Assembly (NCBI GenBank): GCA_021848065.1
Contig: JAJZNA010000010.1
Span: forward strand, 34,586 to 98,585
Reading direction: 5' to 3'
Length of the DNA: 64,000 nt
DNA from: Candidatus Micrarchaeota archaeon
GTDB lineage: Archaea > Micrarchaeota > Micrarchaeia > Micrarchaeales > CABMGC01
Shown here: positions 19,199 through 27,714 of the stretch, piece by piece
How the letters are laid out: every line of letters starts with the position of its first letter
Numbering within the stretch: the stretch's first letter is position 1
Position numbers and translations under genes: made by a program
The notes under the pieces: generated by a model
Seen by the model: only the letters and a program-made list of their open reading frames with translations
What the model was told of the DNA's origin: nothing
Databases searched by the model: none

Positions 19199-19912
19199 AT
19201 GCCTTCAAAAAATAATAAGAATACTAGAAAGTCTGGCGCGAAGAAATCCGTATCAAGGGCTGCTTTGCGTTCCCATAAGCCGCAGGCACATGCACACAAA
19301 CAAGCGCCAGCACGCAGCGGTAAGGCTACCAAGAACCACCCAGTTAAGATCAAAATGCCATCAAAGGCCGCCGAACATGGAGAGGCTGCAGGCAATGCAA
19401 ACGTGAAGCAGGCGGAGGAAGCACGTAAGAACGAGGAACTTGTTGGTAATAATGCTTTGGTGAAGGCCATAAACAGCAATATAGGCCATGGAGCTATGGA
19501 TGTATTGAAGCTTCTTGCCCCAGGCCCGAAGACCGATGAAAGCATCGCTGAAAAGCTTGGTGTGAAGGTAAATGATGTAAGAAGGATCCTAAATGCCATG
19601 AACAGCCACAGTATAGTAAGGTACGATGTAAACAAGGACACTAAGGGATGGCTCATATTCACATGGCGCATAGACTCTGAGAAACTCTCGGAGTACGTAG
19701 CTGAAACGATGCATAAGAAGGATGATGCGGATAGCATGCTTCCTGGAAACTGCAACGATTTTTTCATATGCAAGGGCTGCTACCAGAAGGAAAAGACTGT
19801 TCTGCCGTTCGATTCTGCTTTTGAATACGGTTTTGTCTGCATAAGCTGCAGGAAGCCTTTCACCCCTTTAAGTAGGGAGGAGACTGTTGCCCTTTTCAAA
19901 ACAGCCAACTGA
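19199..19912 (+). CDS. tfe: transcription factor E (TFE-alpha, TFIIE-alpha homologue) with a roughly 85-aa basic N-terminal extension
   Basis: Winged helix (DESIAEKLGVKVNDVRRILNAMNSHSIVRY...WLIFTWRID) plus Zn ribbon (FICKGC...CISC). Start is uncertain: GTG 19190, ATG 19199 or ATG 19355. Confidence 0.75.
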   Translation: MPSKNNKNTRKSGAKKSVSRAALRSHKPQAHAHKQAPARSGKATKNHPVKIKMPSKAAEHGEAAGNANVKQAEEARKNEELVGNNALVKAINSNIGHGAMDVLKLLAPGPKTDESIAEKLGVKVNDVRRILNAMNSHSIVRYDVNKDTKGWLIFTWRIDSEKLSEYVAETMHKKDDADSMLPGNCNDFFICKGCYQKEKTVLPFDSAFEYGFVCISCRKPFTPLSREETVALFKTAN

Positions 19913-20000
19913 TACGGCTGGCCTTACTACAAGCTGTGCCAGGGCCCGAAGTTTACCGATAGGTATTTAACAGGTACCTGTTCTATCTATATCCAGCCAT

Positions 20001-20075
20001 AGCGGGGTAGGGTAGCCTGGAGTGCCCGCCGGGCTCATAACCCGGAGAACGGTGGTTCAAATCCATCTCCCGCTA
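20001..20075 (+). tRNA. initiator tRNA-Met (anticodon CAT)
   Basis: Has the A1:U72 pair. Anticodon arm CCGGG-CTCATAA-CCCGG carries three G:C pairs next to the loop, the archaeal initiator hallmarks. T arm is GGTGG-TTCAAAT-CCATC. Confidence 0.9.
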
Positions 20076-20210
20076 TCAAAGCTCCACCACCCCACAGTTC
20101 CACTATTCGTGCATCTTTAGTAATATATAGTATATAAAAAGAAAAAATGTATTCATATCCGTCGGGGGAAATGTGCCTAAAAAATAGTGGAAGTGTACCC
20201 TGGTGCTTCT

Positions 20211-20666
20211 ATGATTAGCGTTTACGAACTGTCCCTTGCATTGCAAAATGAGAAAAGGACAGGAGAACTTCTTTCTCTTCCAAAGGATTTCTATAAAAAC
20301 CTGCAGAATTCCTATCCAGAAGCCCAGGATTCCAACGAACATAGTAGCCTTGTAAAATTGTCCGAAGGCCTTAAGAAGAGAAGAATTCAGAAACTACTTA
20401 TATATCTTGCATACGGCAAGACGCTCCCCAAGCCGATTCCTGAGGAAGAAGAAGATTTATATATACAAATAAAAAACATAATAGATAAGACTGCCCCAGA
20501 AGCAAAACCAATAAAAATGAAGATATCTAAGAAGATACCTACTGTAATAACCCCTTCAGGAAGCAGCATAGGTCCGTTTGAACAGGACGAGACGGTTTAT
20601 TTAACAAACATAACCGATATAAAATTCATAGTAGATAATAAAATAGGCGAAATAGCGGAAAGTTGA
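20211..20666 (+). CDS. GINS complex subunit, Gins51 (Gins15) family
   Basis: 151 aa from ATG 20211. A-domain pattern LSLPKDFYKNL...KKRRIQKLLIYLA...EEEDLYIQI. B-domain pattern IPTVITPSGSSIGPFEQDETVYL. Assigned by pattern recognition only. Confidence 0.55.
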   Translation: MISVYELSLALQNEKRTGELLSLPKDFYKNLQNSYPEAQDSNEHSSLVKLSEGLKKRRIQKLLIYLAYGKTLPKPIPEEEEDLYIQIKNIIDKTAPEAKPIKMKISKKIPTVITPSGSSIGPFEQDETVYLTNITDIKFIVDNKIGEIAES

Positions 20667-20671
20667 TCTGA

Positions 20672-20953
20672 ATGAAAATAAACAAAGAGATAATGTCCTA
20701 CTGCAAATTCTGCAGGAAGCACACGTCACATAATGTGAAGACATACACAAAGAAAGCGCAGAGGGGTCTTAGCCTCGGTACAAGGAGACACAACCGCGCC
20801 ATAAAAGGATATGTAGGCAGCATCGAACCTAAGATACACCCAAAGAAGTTGGGGAGAAAGCAGAAGGTAATGGTGGCATGCAGCCAGTGCAAGAAGATAA
20901 CAGAGCGTGTGTTCGGCATGAGGACCAAGAAGAAGATAGAAATAGCCAGGTAA
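20672..20953 (+). CDS. rpl44e: 50S ribosomal protein L44e (eL42)
   Basis: 93 aa. Has YCKFCRKHTSH...CSQCKK zinc-ribbon cysteines and a basic composition. Confidence 0.9.
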   Translation: MKINKEIMSYCKFCRKHTSHNVKTYTKKAQRGLSLGTRRHNRAIKGYVGSIEPKIHPKKLGRKQKVMVACSQCKKITERVFGMRTKKKIEIAR

Positions 20954-20957
20954 TCTT

Positions 20958-21719
20958 TTGATTCTGAAAAAAGACCTCCCAGACATAGACGAATTTGTCA
21001 TTGTAAAAATAACGAAGATAATGCCACACGGCGCTTACTGCAGGCTAACCGAATATGACATAGATGCATACCTACCTATATCTGAGATCTCCTCGGGATG
21101 GATAAAGAACATACACGAATTCATAAAGGAAGGCCAGCAAAATGTCGCAAAGGTAATCTTCGTCGATAGGGGCAAGAGGTCCGTAGACGTCTCTTTGAAG
21201 AAGGTCTCTGGCAAGGCAAAGAAGGACAAGATCAACGAGTACAGCATAGAGAAAAGGTCAGAAGGTATATTTCAAAAGGCCATAGCCGCATCAAATCGCG
21301 AAGCCCAGAAGGATGCTCTCAAGATCGAGGCTGCGGCAGCAGCCAAGACCTACACAGAGCTTGTAAACAACATTTTTGAAGGTAAGGATCCGCTCTCAGC
21401 ATCTACTGACAAGGAGTTCAAGGACGCCCTCTATGCCCTGGTGCTAAAGACAATCAAGCCCAAGTCATATACTGTGTCATACAACATGGAACTTGTCACG
21501 ACCGACACTAAGAAAGGCATAAGGACCATAAAGGACGTCTTGCTGAAGGTACAGAAGTTGGGTGTTGACGTGCTGTACATGGGCGCACCCCACTACCGCT
21601 TGCTTTCCACAGACAGCAGTTACCCCAAGGCAGAAGAGAGGATAAAGGCCGCCACAAAATTCCTGGACAGCTACAAGAACATAGAGTATACACTAAAAAC
21701 AAACAAAGTGCAAGTATGA
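20958..21719 (+). CDS. eif2a: translation initiation factor aIF-2 alpha subunit
   Basis: 253 aa with a TTG start. S1 domain is EFVIVKITKIMPHGAYCRLTEYDIDAYLPISEISSGWIKNI. Sits in the conserved position after rpl44e. Confidence 0.85.
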   Translation: MILKKDLPDIDEFVIVKITKIMPHGAYCRLTEYDIDAYLPISEISSGWIKNIHEFIKEGQQNVAKVIFVDRGKRSVDVSLKKVSGKAKKDKINEYSIEKRSEGIFQKAIAASNREAQKDALKIEAAAAAKTYTELVNNIFEGKDPLSASTDKEFKDALYALVLKTIKPKSYTVSYNMELVTTDTKKGIRTIKDVLLKVQKLGVDVLYMGAPHYRLLSTDSSYPKAEERIKAATKFLDSYKNIEYTLKTNKVQV

Positions 21720-22471
21720 ATAAGACGACCATATACTACAGGAAAAAGAAATTCAAGAATCCCATTCTTGTAGTTGGCCTGCCTGGCATAGGCAGTGTGG
21801 GTGCATTGGTGTGCGAGCACCTCAAGGCAGAACTAGGCGCAAAGAGGTTCGCAACGCTTTACTCACCGCATTTCATACACCAGACCATAATGCTCAAGAG
21901 CGGTTTCACTCGCCTTATAAGCAACAGGTTCTACTACAAGGAACTTAAGTCAAACACTCTCATATTGCTCCTGGGGGACACGCAGGCACCCACTCCAGAG
22001 GGCCAGTACGAAGTCAACGAATACATAGCCAAGTTTTTCAAGCACCTTGGCGGCAAAAGCATATACACCATAGGTGGATATAGTGCAGGCGGCTCCTATG
22101 TACAGGCACCAAAGGTATTTGGAGTAGCTACAAGCAAGAAAATGAAGGACTCACTAAGCAGCAACGGTGTAATATTCGGGAAGACCAATGGCGCCATATG
22201 GGGGTCAGCCGGCCTTCTTGTCTCCTTCGCTAAAAAATACAAGATGGATGCAGCATGCATAATGGGGGAGACCGGGGCGCTTGATATAGACGCAAACTCT
22301 GCAAAGGCGGTATTAAGCACCTTGGAGAAGATACTTAATGTCAAGGTAAACCTTGAAAACATAGACAAGATAAAGAGCGAGACAGACAAGATGCTTAAGG
22401 AGATAGAGGCTGCTTCTAAGGCTCAGGAATCCCCTCCTTCCCCAAAGGACAACTTCCCATATATACGCTGA
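21716..22471 (+). CDS. PAC2-family proteasome assembly chaperone (COG1938)
   Basis: 251 aa. NPILVVGLPGIGSVGALVCEHL is the family N-terminal motif. 4-nt overlap with eif2a. Confidence 0.75.
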   Translation: MNKTTIYYRKKKFKNPILVVGLPGIGSVGALVCEHLKAELGAKRFATLYSPHFIHQTIMLKSGFTRLISNRFYYKELKSNTLILLLGDTQAPTPEGQYEVNEYIAKFFKHLGGKSIYTIGGYSAGGSYVQAPKVFGVATSKKMKDSLSSNGVIFGKTNGAIWGSAGLLVSFAKKYKMDAACIMGETGALDIDANSAKAVLSTLEKILNVKVNLENIDKIKSETDKMLKEIEAASKAQESPPSPKDNFPYIR

Positions 22472-22472
22472 T

Positions 22473-24191
22473 TCATCGCCTTCTCAGAAGCGCGAGTCCT
22501 ATCACAACAATGATTACTATTGCTGCAGCTGCAAGCATTTCCAGAGTCACTATCTCGCTCTGGCTCACCGTGTCGTAATACACTGTAGTGACTGTGGTGG
22601 GCACCGTGGTGGGGCTGGAATACTTTGATGTGTTCGATATATACGCCGCTATGCCTTCAAGGGCATTTGTTGCAAATATGTCCGTACTAAAATCCGGCTT
22701 TCCTGTTGTAGCAATTGCACCACCCTTCCATCCCTTCACCGCAAGGTTTGATGCGCTCTCCGCCGTACTCAATCCAAAAGTATAAACTGATGGGAAAGGG
22801 CGTATCGTCCCATTGTCGTTGTAATATATCCATAGGGACGAGTTCATGCTGTTAAAGTAAGAATTCGCGCCGTTTGCCTCTCCCCCAAAAACTAACTCAG
22901 AATCATAATAATTGCCTATGTTGCTTCCATCTCCAGGGGTCATATAGTATGGTGTTGTAAGCAGTGTTGAATTTGATGATCCAGGCACAAGAACCTTATC
23001 GAAGAATATTAGGGGTTTAATCCCAGCAGACCCATTCTTCAGTATCTGGTACCCAAATGAGGCTACAGTGCCTTCACTGGTCTGGTTCTCCATTACAACC
23101 AGTTTGATCCTGAAAGGGAATGAATAGTTTAGGTAATACGATGGGTATGAAAATGCATAGAAATTGGGGCTGCTGCACGATGTGCATCCTGATAAGTTCC
23201 CGTTGCCTACCAACGCACCGCTTGAGAACTTTGCAGTAGGGCTGGTGCTGTTCCACACATTGTCTATTAGGTAATACTGCATGGAACTGGTGTTGAAGTC
23301 AACAACATCCTGCAGCCAGAGTACTCTCTCCTTTCCGTTAACATGTGTGTTAAGCGCCACGTTCAGCTGAAGGCTTGCACCGTGCTTGGAGTTGTTGCCA
23401 CTGGCACCTGCATTGTAAGCCGCCAGCGAGGTTATGTTGGCAACTCCTATGACCTCCCCTGTACTTACCTGGTATGGGTATATCCTTCCAGAGATGTTGT
23501 ACAGCCCGTAGCTTGCAATTCCTGCAGAATAATTGGATCCCCCAGCCACATAGGAAAGTGGATTTATGAGTGTCGGCGTCGTGTTAACATAAATGAATAT
23601 GCTGCTTCTCCCAGCTGATGATATCGAGATCGTGTGGCTCCCCTTGTTAAGTGTGGTGTTCACTATATCCAGATTGGTGTTCGCATTCACCCTTGTGGAC
23701 ACACCAGCAAGGCTGAACACGAGCGGATTGGCAAGATAATCTGATGATGAAAGAAGCGTAACATACACGTTGCTGTAATTGCCTATGCTAAAACTGTAGT
23801 TGTACGTGCCGTTGGCATAAGCCATCGTGCCTTTCCCGTCAGGAACAACTATGGCACCAGAATCGAGCTCTGTCGGCGTCTTTGCCTCTGATATTACTGT
23901 ATATGTGCCTGGCCCAAGGCTGAGCCGGTACACCCCTGTGGAGGCAGACGAATTGTAAACTGCGTTCACCTTGCCTCCATTAAGGAAAGTGCCGAAATCA
24001 TAACTGTGTATCACCATCAGGTCTATTGGGGATGATGTGTTGATGCCTACAACCATGAATTCCCCGCTATTTACTGTAAGATTGTTGTAAAGGAAATAGC
24101 CTGGGTTCAGTTGCTGAGTCGCGACTGCCTGGCCCACAAGCACAAGCGCTGCTATCGCGGCTATATAAAACTTCATACTAAGCTGTACCAC
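22473..24191 (-). CDS. thermopsin-like (peptidase A5 family) surface protein with signal peptide and C-terminal TM anchor
   Basis: 572 aa. Thermopsin-domain-like motifs: GIASYGLYN, GASLQLNVAL, VLWLQDVVDFNT, LIDNVWN. Has an N-terminal hydrophobic signal, C-terminal MLAAAAIVIIVVIGLALLRRR and many N-x-S/T sequons. Confidence 0.6.
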   Translation of the reverse strand: MVQLSMKFYIAAIAALVLVGQAVATQQLNPGYFLYNNLTVNSGEFMVVGINTSSPIDLMVIHSYDFGTFLNGGKVNAVYNSSASTGVYRLSLGPGTYTVISEAKTPTELDSGAIVVPDGKGTMAYANGTYNYSFSIGNYSNVYVTLLSSSDYLANPLVFSLAGVSTRVNANTNLDIVNTTLNKGSHTISISSAGRSSIFIYVNTTPTLINPLSYVAGGSNYSAGIASYGLYNISGRIYPYQVSTGEVIGVANITSLAAYNAGASGNNSKHGASLQLNVALNTHVNGKERVLWLQDVVDFNTSSMQYYLIDNVWNSTSPTAKFSSGALVGNGNLSGCTSCSSPNFYAFSYPSYYLNYSFPFRIKLVVMENQTSEGTVASFGYQILKNGSAGIKPLIFFDKVLVPGSSNSTLLTTPYYMTPGDGSNIGNYYDSELVFGGEANGANSYFNSMNSSLWIYYNDNGTIRPFPSVYTFGLSTAESASNLAVKGWKGGAIATTGKPDFSTDIFATNALEGIAAYISNTSKYSSPTTVPTTVTTVYYDTVSQSEIVTLEMLAAAAIVIIVVIGLALLRRR

Positions 24192-24231
24192 ACCAAAATA
24201 TATTAAACTTGAACAAGAAAGCTAAATGGTT

Positions 24232-24304
24232 GCGCCAGTAGTATAGCCTGGTAGAACTCGGCCTTCCCAAGGCCGTAACCCGGGTTCAAATCCCGGCTGG
24301 CGCA
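24232..24304 (+). tRNA. tRNA-Gly (anticodon CCC)
   Basis: Acceptor GCGCCAG/CTGGCGC, anticodon arm CGGCC-TTCCCAA-GGCCG, T arm CCGGG-TTCAAAT-CCCGG. No encoded CCA. Confidence 0.9.
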
Positions 24305-24354
24305 TTCAAGCATACGGGGCTCTGGTATTTAATCTTTGGTCGCCAGAGTACATC

Positions 24355-25269
24355 ATGGCACAGCAAAACTACTTGTGGATGGATGGGAAGTTTGTAAGGT
24401 CTGTGGACGCGAAGGTGCACATACTGACGCATTCGCTCCAGTACGGGAGCGGCATATTCGAGGGCATACGGTGCTACAATACTGACAATGGCCCTGCCAT
24501 ATTCAGACTGAAGGACCATGCCAAAAGGTTTTTCAACACAGCAAAAATATACAGGATGCCTCTGAAGATCAGCATATCCGAATTGGAAGCTGCATGCATA
24601 GGCACCATAAACAAGAACCATCTCAAATCAGCATACATACGGCCGTTTGCCTTCTACAAGGAGCCGGGCATAGGGTTCAATGTGTCAGGAAAGACTACAA
24701 GCGTGGCGATAGCTGCCATAGAATTTGGTCCTCTATTCGGCGAAGGCCAGAAAGGCATAAAGTGTATGGTTTCTTCATGGAACCGCATAAACTCAACAAT
24801 ACTGCCGGCAGGGGCAAAGGCCAGCGGAAACTACATCAACTCAATACTTGCCTCACAAGAGGCAAATGCCGCAGGGTACGACGAAGCAATACTTATGTCC
24901 TCATCAGGCACAGTGGCCGAGGGCCCCGGAGAGAATATCTTCATAGTCCAGGACAATATCCTCATAACCCCACCCAAATCCGCAAACATACTGCTAGGCA
25001 TAACCCGTGACTCTATAATAAAGATCGCAGAAAACATAGGGCTGCAAGTCGTGGAAAGGGACATCAGGCGCGAAGAGCTTTACACCAGCGACGAGGCATT
25101 CTTCTCAGGCACTGCAGCAGAACTGACCCCAATCATATCGATAGACTCACGGCAGATAGCAAATGGGCGTCAGGGACCTGTTACCAAGATGCTCAGGGAC
25201 AGGTATGCTGCCATAGTAAGGGGTGAAGACAAAGAGTTCTCGAACTGGCTGACATTCACAAAAGGCTAG
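24355..25269 (+). CDS. ilvE: branched-chain amino acid aminotransferase (class IV PLP enzyme)
   Basis: 304 aa. WMDGKFV...HSLQYGSGIFEGIRCY, ASGNYINS, and GITRDSII with E...FFSGTAAE. Confidence 0.9.
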   Translation: MAQQNYLWMDGKFVRSVDAKVHILTHSLQYGSGIFEGIRCYNTDNGPAIFRLKDHAKRFFNTAKIYRMPLKISISELEAACIGTINKNHLKSAYIRPFAFYKEPGIGFNVSGKTTSVAIAAIEFGPLFGEGQKGIKCMVSSWNRINSTILPAGAKASGNYINSILASQEANAAGYDEAILMSSSGTVAEGPGENIFIVQDNILITPPKSANILLGITRDSIIKIAENIGLQVVERDIRREELYTSDEAFFSGTAAELTPIISIDSRQIANGRQGPVTKMLRDRYAAIVRGEDKEFSNWLTFTKG

Positions 25270-25933
25270 GAAGTAGGAGGAACACTGCTGAGCAAAGAGC
25301 TGCGCCCCCTATTGCGCACATGAGGTTTGAGGTGTATTTGTTTCCAATTCCTTTCTCCTCAAAATATCCGAATAAGGAGTCTACAACATTCCCAAAGACG
25401 CCTGACACTACTACAATGACGAAAATGATTACAGAGCCCCCTATTGCGAATGCCGTAAGGCCTATCAGGAAGGATGCCACTGCACCCATAAGTGTGCCAA
25501 ACCATGTAACTGCCCCTGACCTTCCCTTCCTGGCGGGCTTCATGGTCAATAGCATAATGGGTTCTCCATCAAGAACTCCGAACTCACTAGCAAACTTATC
25601 TGCTGTTATTGCGCACACACTTGCAACAAAGGCGAACACCAAAACAGTTGTAGGCACTGTGAAATATAGTGAATTGAAGAAGTATACAACCACTAGGACT
25701 ATCGGCACCAGCCCGTTTGCCATCACATTCTTCCAGCTCCTGGTCTTCTCGTATCCCTTCATGTGCATCTTGACTTCGTCCTTGGCCTTTGTTGCTATTG
25801 CAGAGAGGACTAGGAAGTCTATAAGGACTGCCATGAAGAACCACCACATATCCAGCCCGAATGCAAGTATAACTACCCCGAATATGAGTGCCACAAAAAC
25901 GCCGCTCACATTGAGCGTAAATAAAGATGCCAT
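25256..25933 (-). CDS. DUF92/TIGR00297-like integral membrane protein
   Basis: 225 aa and multi-pass. Has the TADKFASEFG motif typical of the family. Confidence 0.5.
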   Translation of the reverse strand: MASLFTLNVSGVFVALIFGVVILAFGLDMWWFFMAVLIDFLVLSAIATKAKDEVKMHMKGYEKTRSWKNVMANGLVPIVLVVVYFFNSLYFTVPTTVLVFAFVASVCAITADKFASEFGVLDGEPIMLLTMKPARKGRSGAVTWFGTLMGAVASFLIGLTAFAIGGSVIIFVIVVVSGVFGNVVDSLFGYFEEKGIGNKYTSNLMCAIGGAALCSAVFLLLPSLL

Positions 25934-26298
25934 AAAGCCTATATGCCTGCTAAGCTATAAAAGCCATAACGTCGTCCCGAGCAGGGTGTCAGGGCGTCGC
26001 ACTTCCACTATTTCGGAGGTTTTTTAAACCCATTTATCCTATAATAAAAGTACGAGTTCTCTATCATGGAGGAGTAAAACTGGTCGCCTTGCCAGCACGT
26101 GCTTGTCACGCTTGCTGGCCTCTTCCTATTTACCTGTCATATCCTCCAAAGTCAATTCTCAATGTTCTTGTCTTGACATGTTTATCCAGGATCCTGGTTA
26201 ATTAACGTCCAAAATAACAAAAATAAACCTAATTTTGATAGAAAAACACGATTTTTAATATCTCGCCAAATCCCAACCAATCAACCAATGGTGGCAAC

Positions 26299-27702
26299 AT
26301 GGCATTGAAAACATTCGATAGGTCTAAGCTATCGATGGGCTGGGCGCCGCTCGAAGCGTACGGCCTTGCTGACAAGCATACTCCTGTGGTAACGTCACAT
26401 CAAGAGAGCCCGACTCTGGCTTATTACACCCCTATGGATACGGGTATAGCCGATTCGCAAAGGGCGCTGATGGGCTTACGGCCTGGGGAAACCGCCATTG
26501 CCATTACTGTACCTGGTCAAGTAGAACACCTAAGAAACATAGGGCTACTACGTGGCGCAAGCGTGTTGGAGATAACTGCTACCAAAAATGATGTGCGCAT
26601 GCATGGCGACGTTCTGGCGCATTTGATAGGCAATAGGGTCCAATTCGACAAAGGCAGCATGCTGGTACCCGTATATCCCAGCGATGAGATGGCGCACCAG
26701 GCAGACCTGCTCGGCATGTCCTACATCCCCCTTCCTTCCATTAACATAACAAATAGCAAGGCGACCCTTAGCCGTGACTCCATAGAATTCGGATTCAATA
26801 CGATACCACGGGCAGTAATACGCACGGATTCCGACATCCAAAACGCAGTAGAAAAGTTCGCAGGCGCCAAGACTGGAGCCTGGCTTAAGTACCCACTTGC
26901 CGCTGGGGGCTTGGGGATAATACGTATTGAGTCTGTTACCACTGCCGCGCTCACAGAGAGCCTGAAGAAGCTCAGGTCAAATTTGGAAAAGTTCTACAAT
27001 TCAAAAGGCGCCTCAAGCCAATTCAAAACCTTCTGGCCTGACAGTTCTGCAGGCCCCTCCATAGGCATAGCCTTAGAGCTCGACTGGAACAACATAGGCA
27101 TAGCCCGTGGCGATTTCTGCACTCATCTATTCGTTGACGGCCTCGGAGGCATGGAAATAGTGGAGCAGATAATGAATATAACCTCCAGCAGCGGGAAATA
27201 TCTCGGTGGAGTTAGGGCCGAAGTAGACGCAGAAATCTGGTCCGCCGCAGAGCCCCACATAGTACGCTTCGCCCAGTCACAGTGGTCCAAAGGATATAAG
27301 GGCCTTCTTGTCATAGACTGGACCGCTATAGATGTAAAAGAGGCACGATACCTGCCACATGGGGCAGAAGGCCTGTACATTGGTATAACTGACCCTAATG
27401 CAAGAAGCGCAGGCGGTAGCACCTACTCAATGATACCCGCACATATTCTTGGCGCAGGGAGTTTCAAGGGGATCAAAGTCCGCGGGCCAGCCCCAATATT
27501 CACAATATCTGATTTCATAGAAACAATCGGCCCGCTGGCTTTCGGGGACCCTGGCAAGTCGGGCCTTGTGCTACCTTTCAGCGTAGAGCCAGGATCAACG
27601 ACCTTCAGAATCGCAGTGCTAGGCAAGGATAAGGGTCACGTGGATCACATACTGCGCCAAGGCCTGATAGGCGCAAGGCGCGTCGAATTGCTAACGGGCT
27701 AG
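26299..27702 (+). CDS. ATP-grasp-fold ligase-like protein of unknown specificity
   Basis: 467 aa. GAWLKYPLAAGGLGIIRIE is a Lys plus Gly-rich loop. YIGITDPNARSAGGS resembles the E-x-N-x-R Mg-binding motif. The N-terminal roughly 170 aa could be a pre-ATP-grasp domain. No close family recognised. Confidence 0.45.
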   Translation: MALKTFDRSKLSMGWAPLEAYGLADKHTPVVTSHQESPTLAYYTPMDTGIADSQRALMGLRPGETAIAITVPGQVEHLRNIGLLRGASVLEITATKNDVRMHGDVLAHLIGNRVQFDKGSMLVPVYPSDEMAHQADLLGMSYIPLPSINITNSKATLSRDSIEFGFNTIPRAVIRTDSDIQNAVEKFAGAKTGAWLKYPLAAGGLGIIRIESVTTAALTESLKKLRSNLEKFYNSKGASSQFKTFWPDSSAGPSIGIALELDWNNIGIARGDFCTHLFVDGLGGMEIVEQIMNITSSSGKYLGGVRAEVDAEIWSAAEPHIVRFAQSQWSKGYKGLLVIDWTAIDVKEARYLPHGAEGLYIGITDPNARSAGGSTYSMIPAHILGAGSFKGIKVRGPAPIFTISDFIETIGPLAFGDPGKSGLVLPFSVEPGSTTFRIAVLGKDKGHVDHILRQGLIGARRVELLTG

Positions 27703-27714
27703 CCACAGGTCTTT

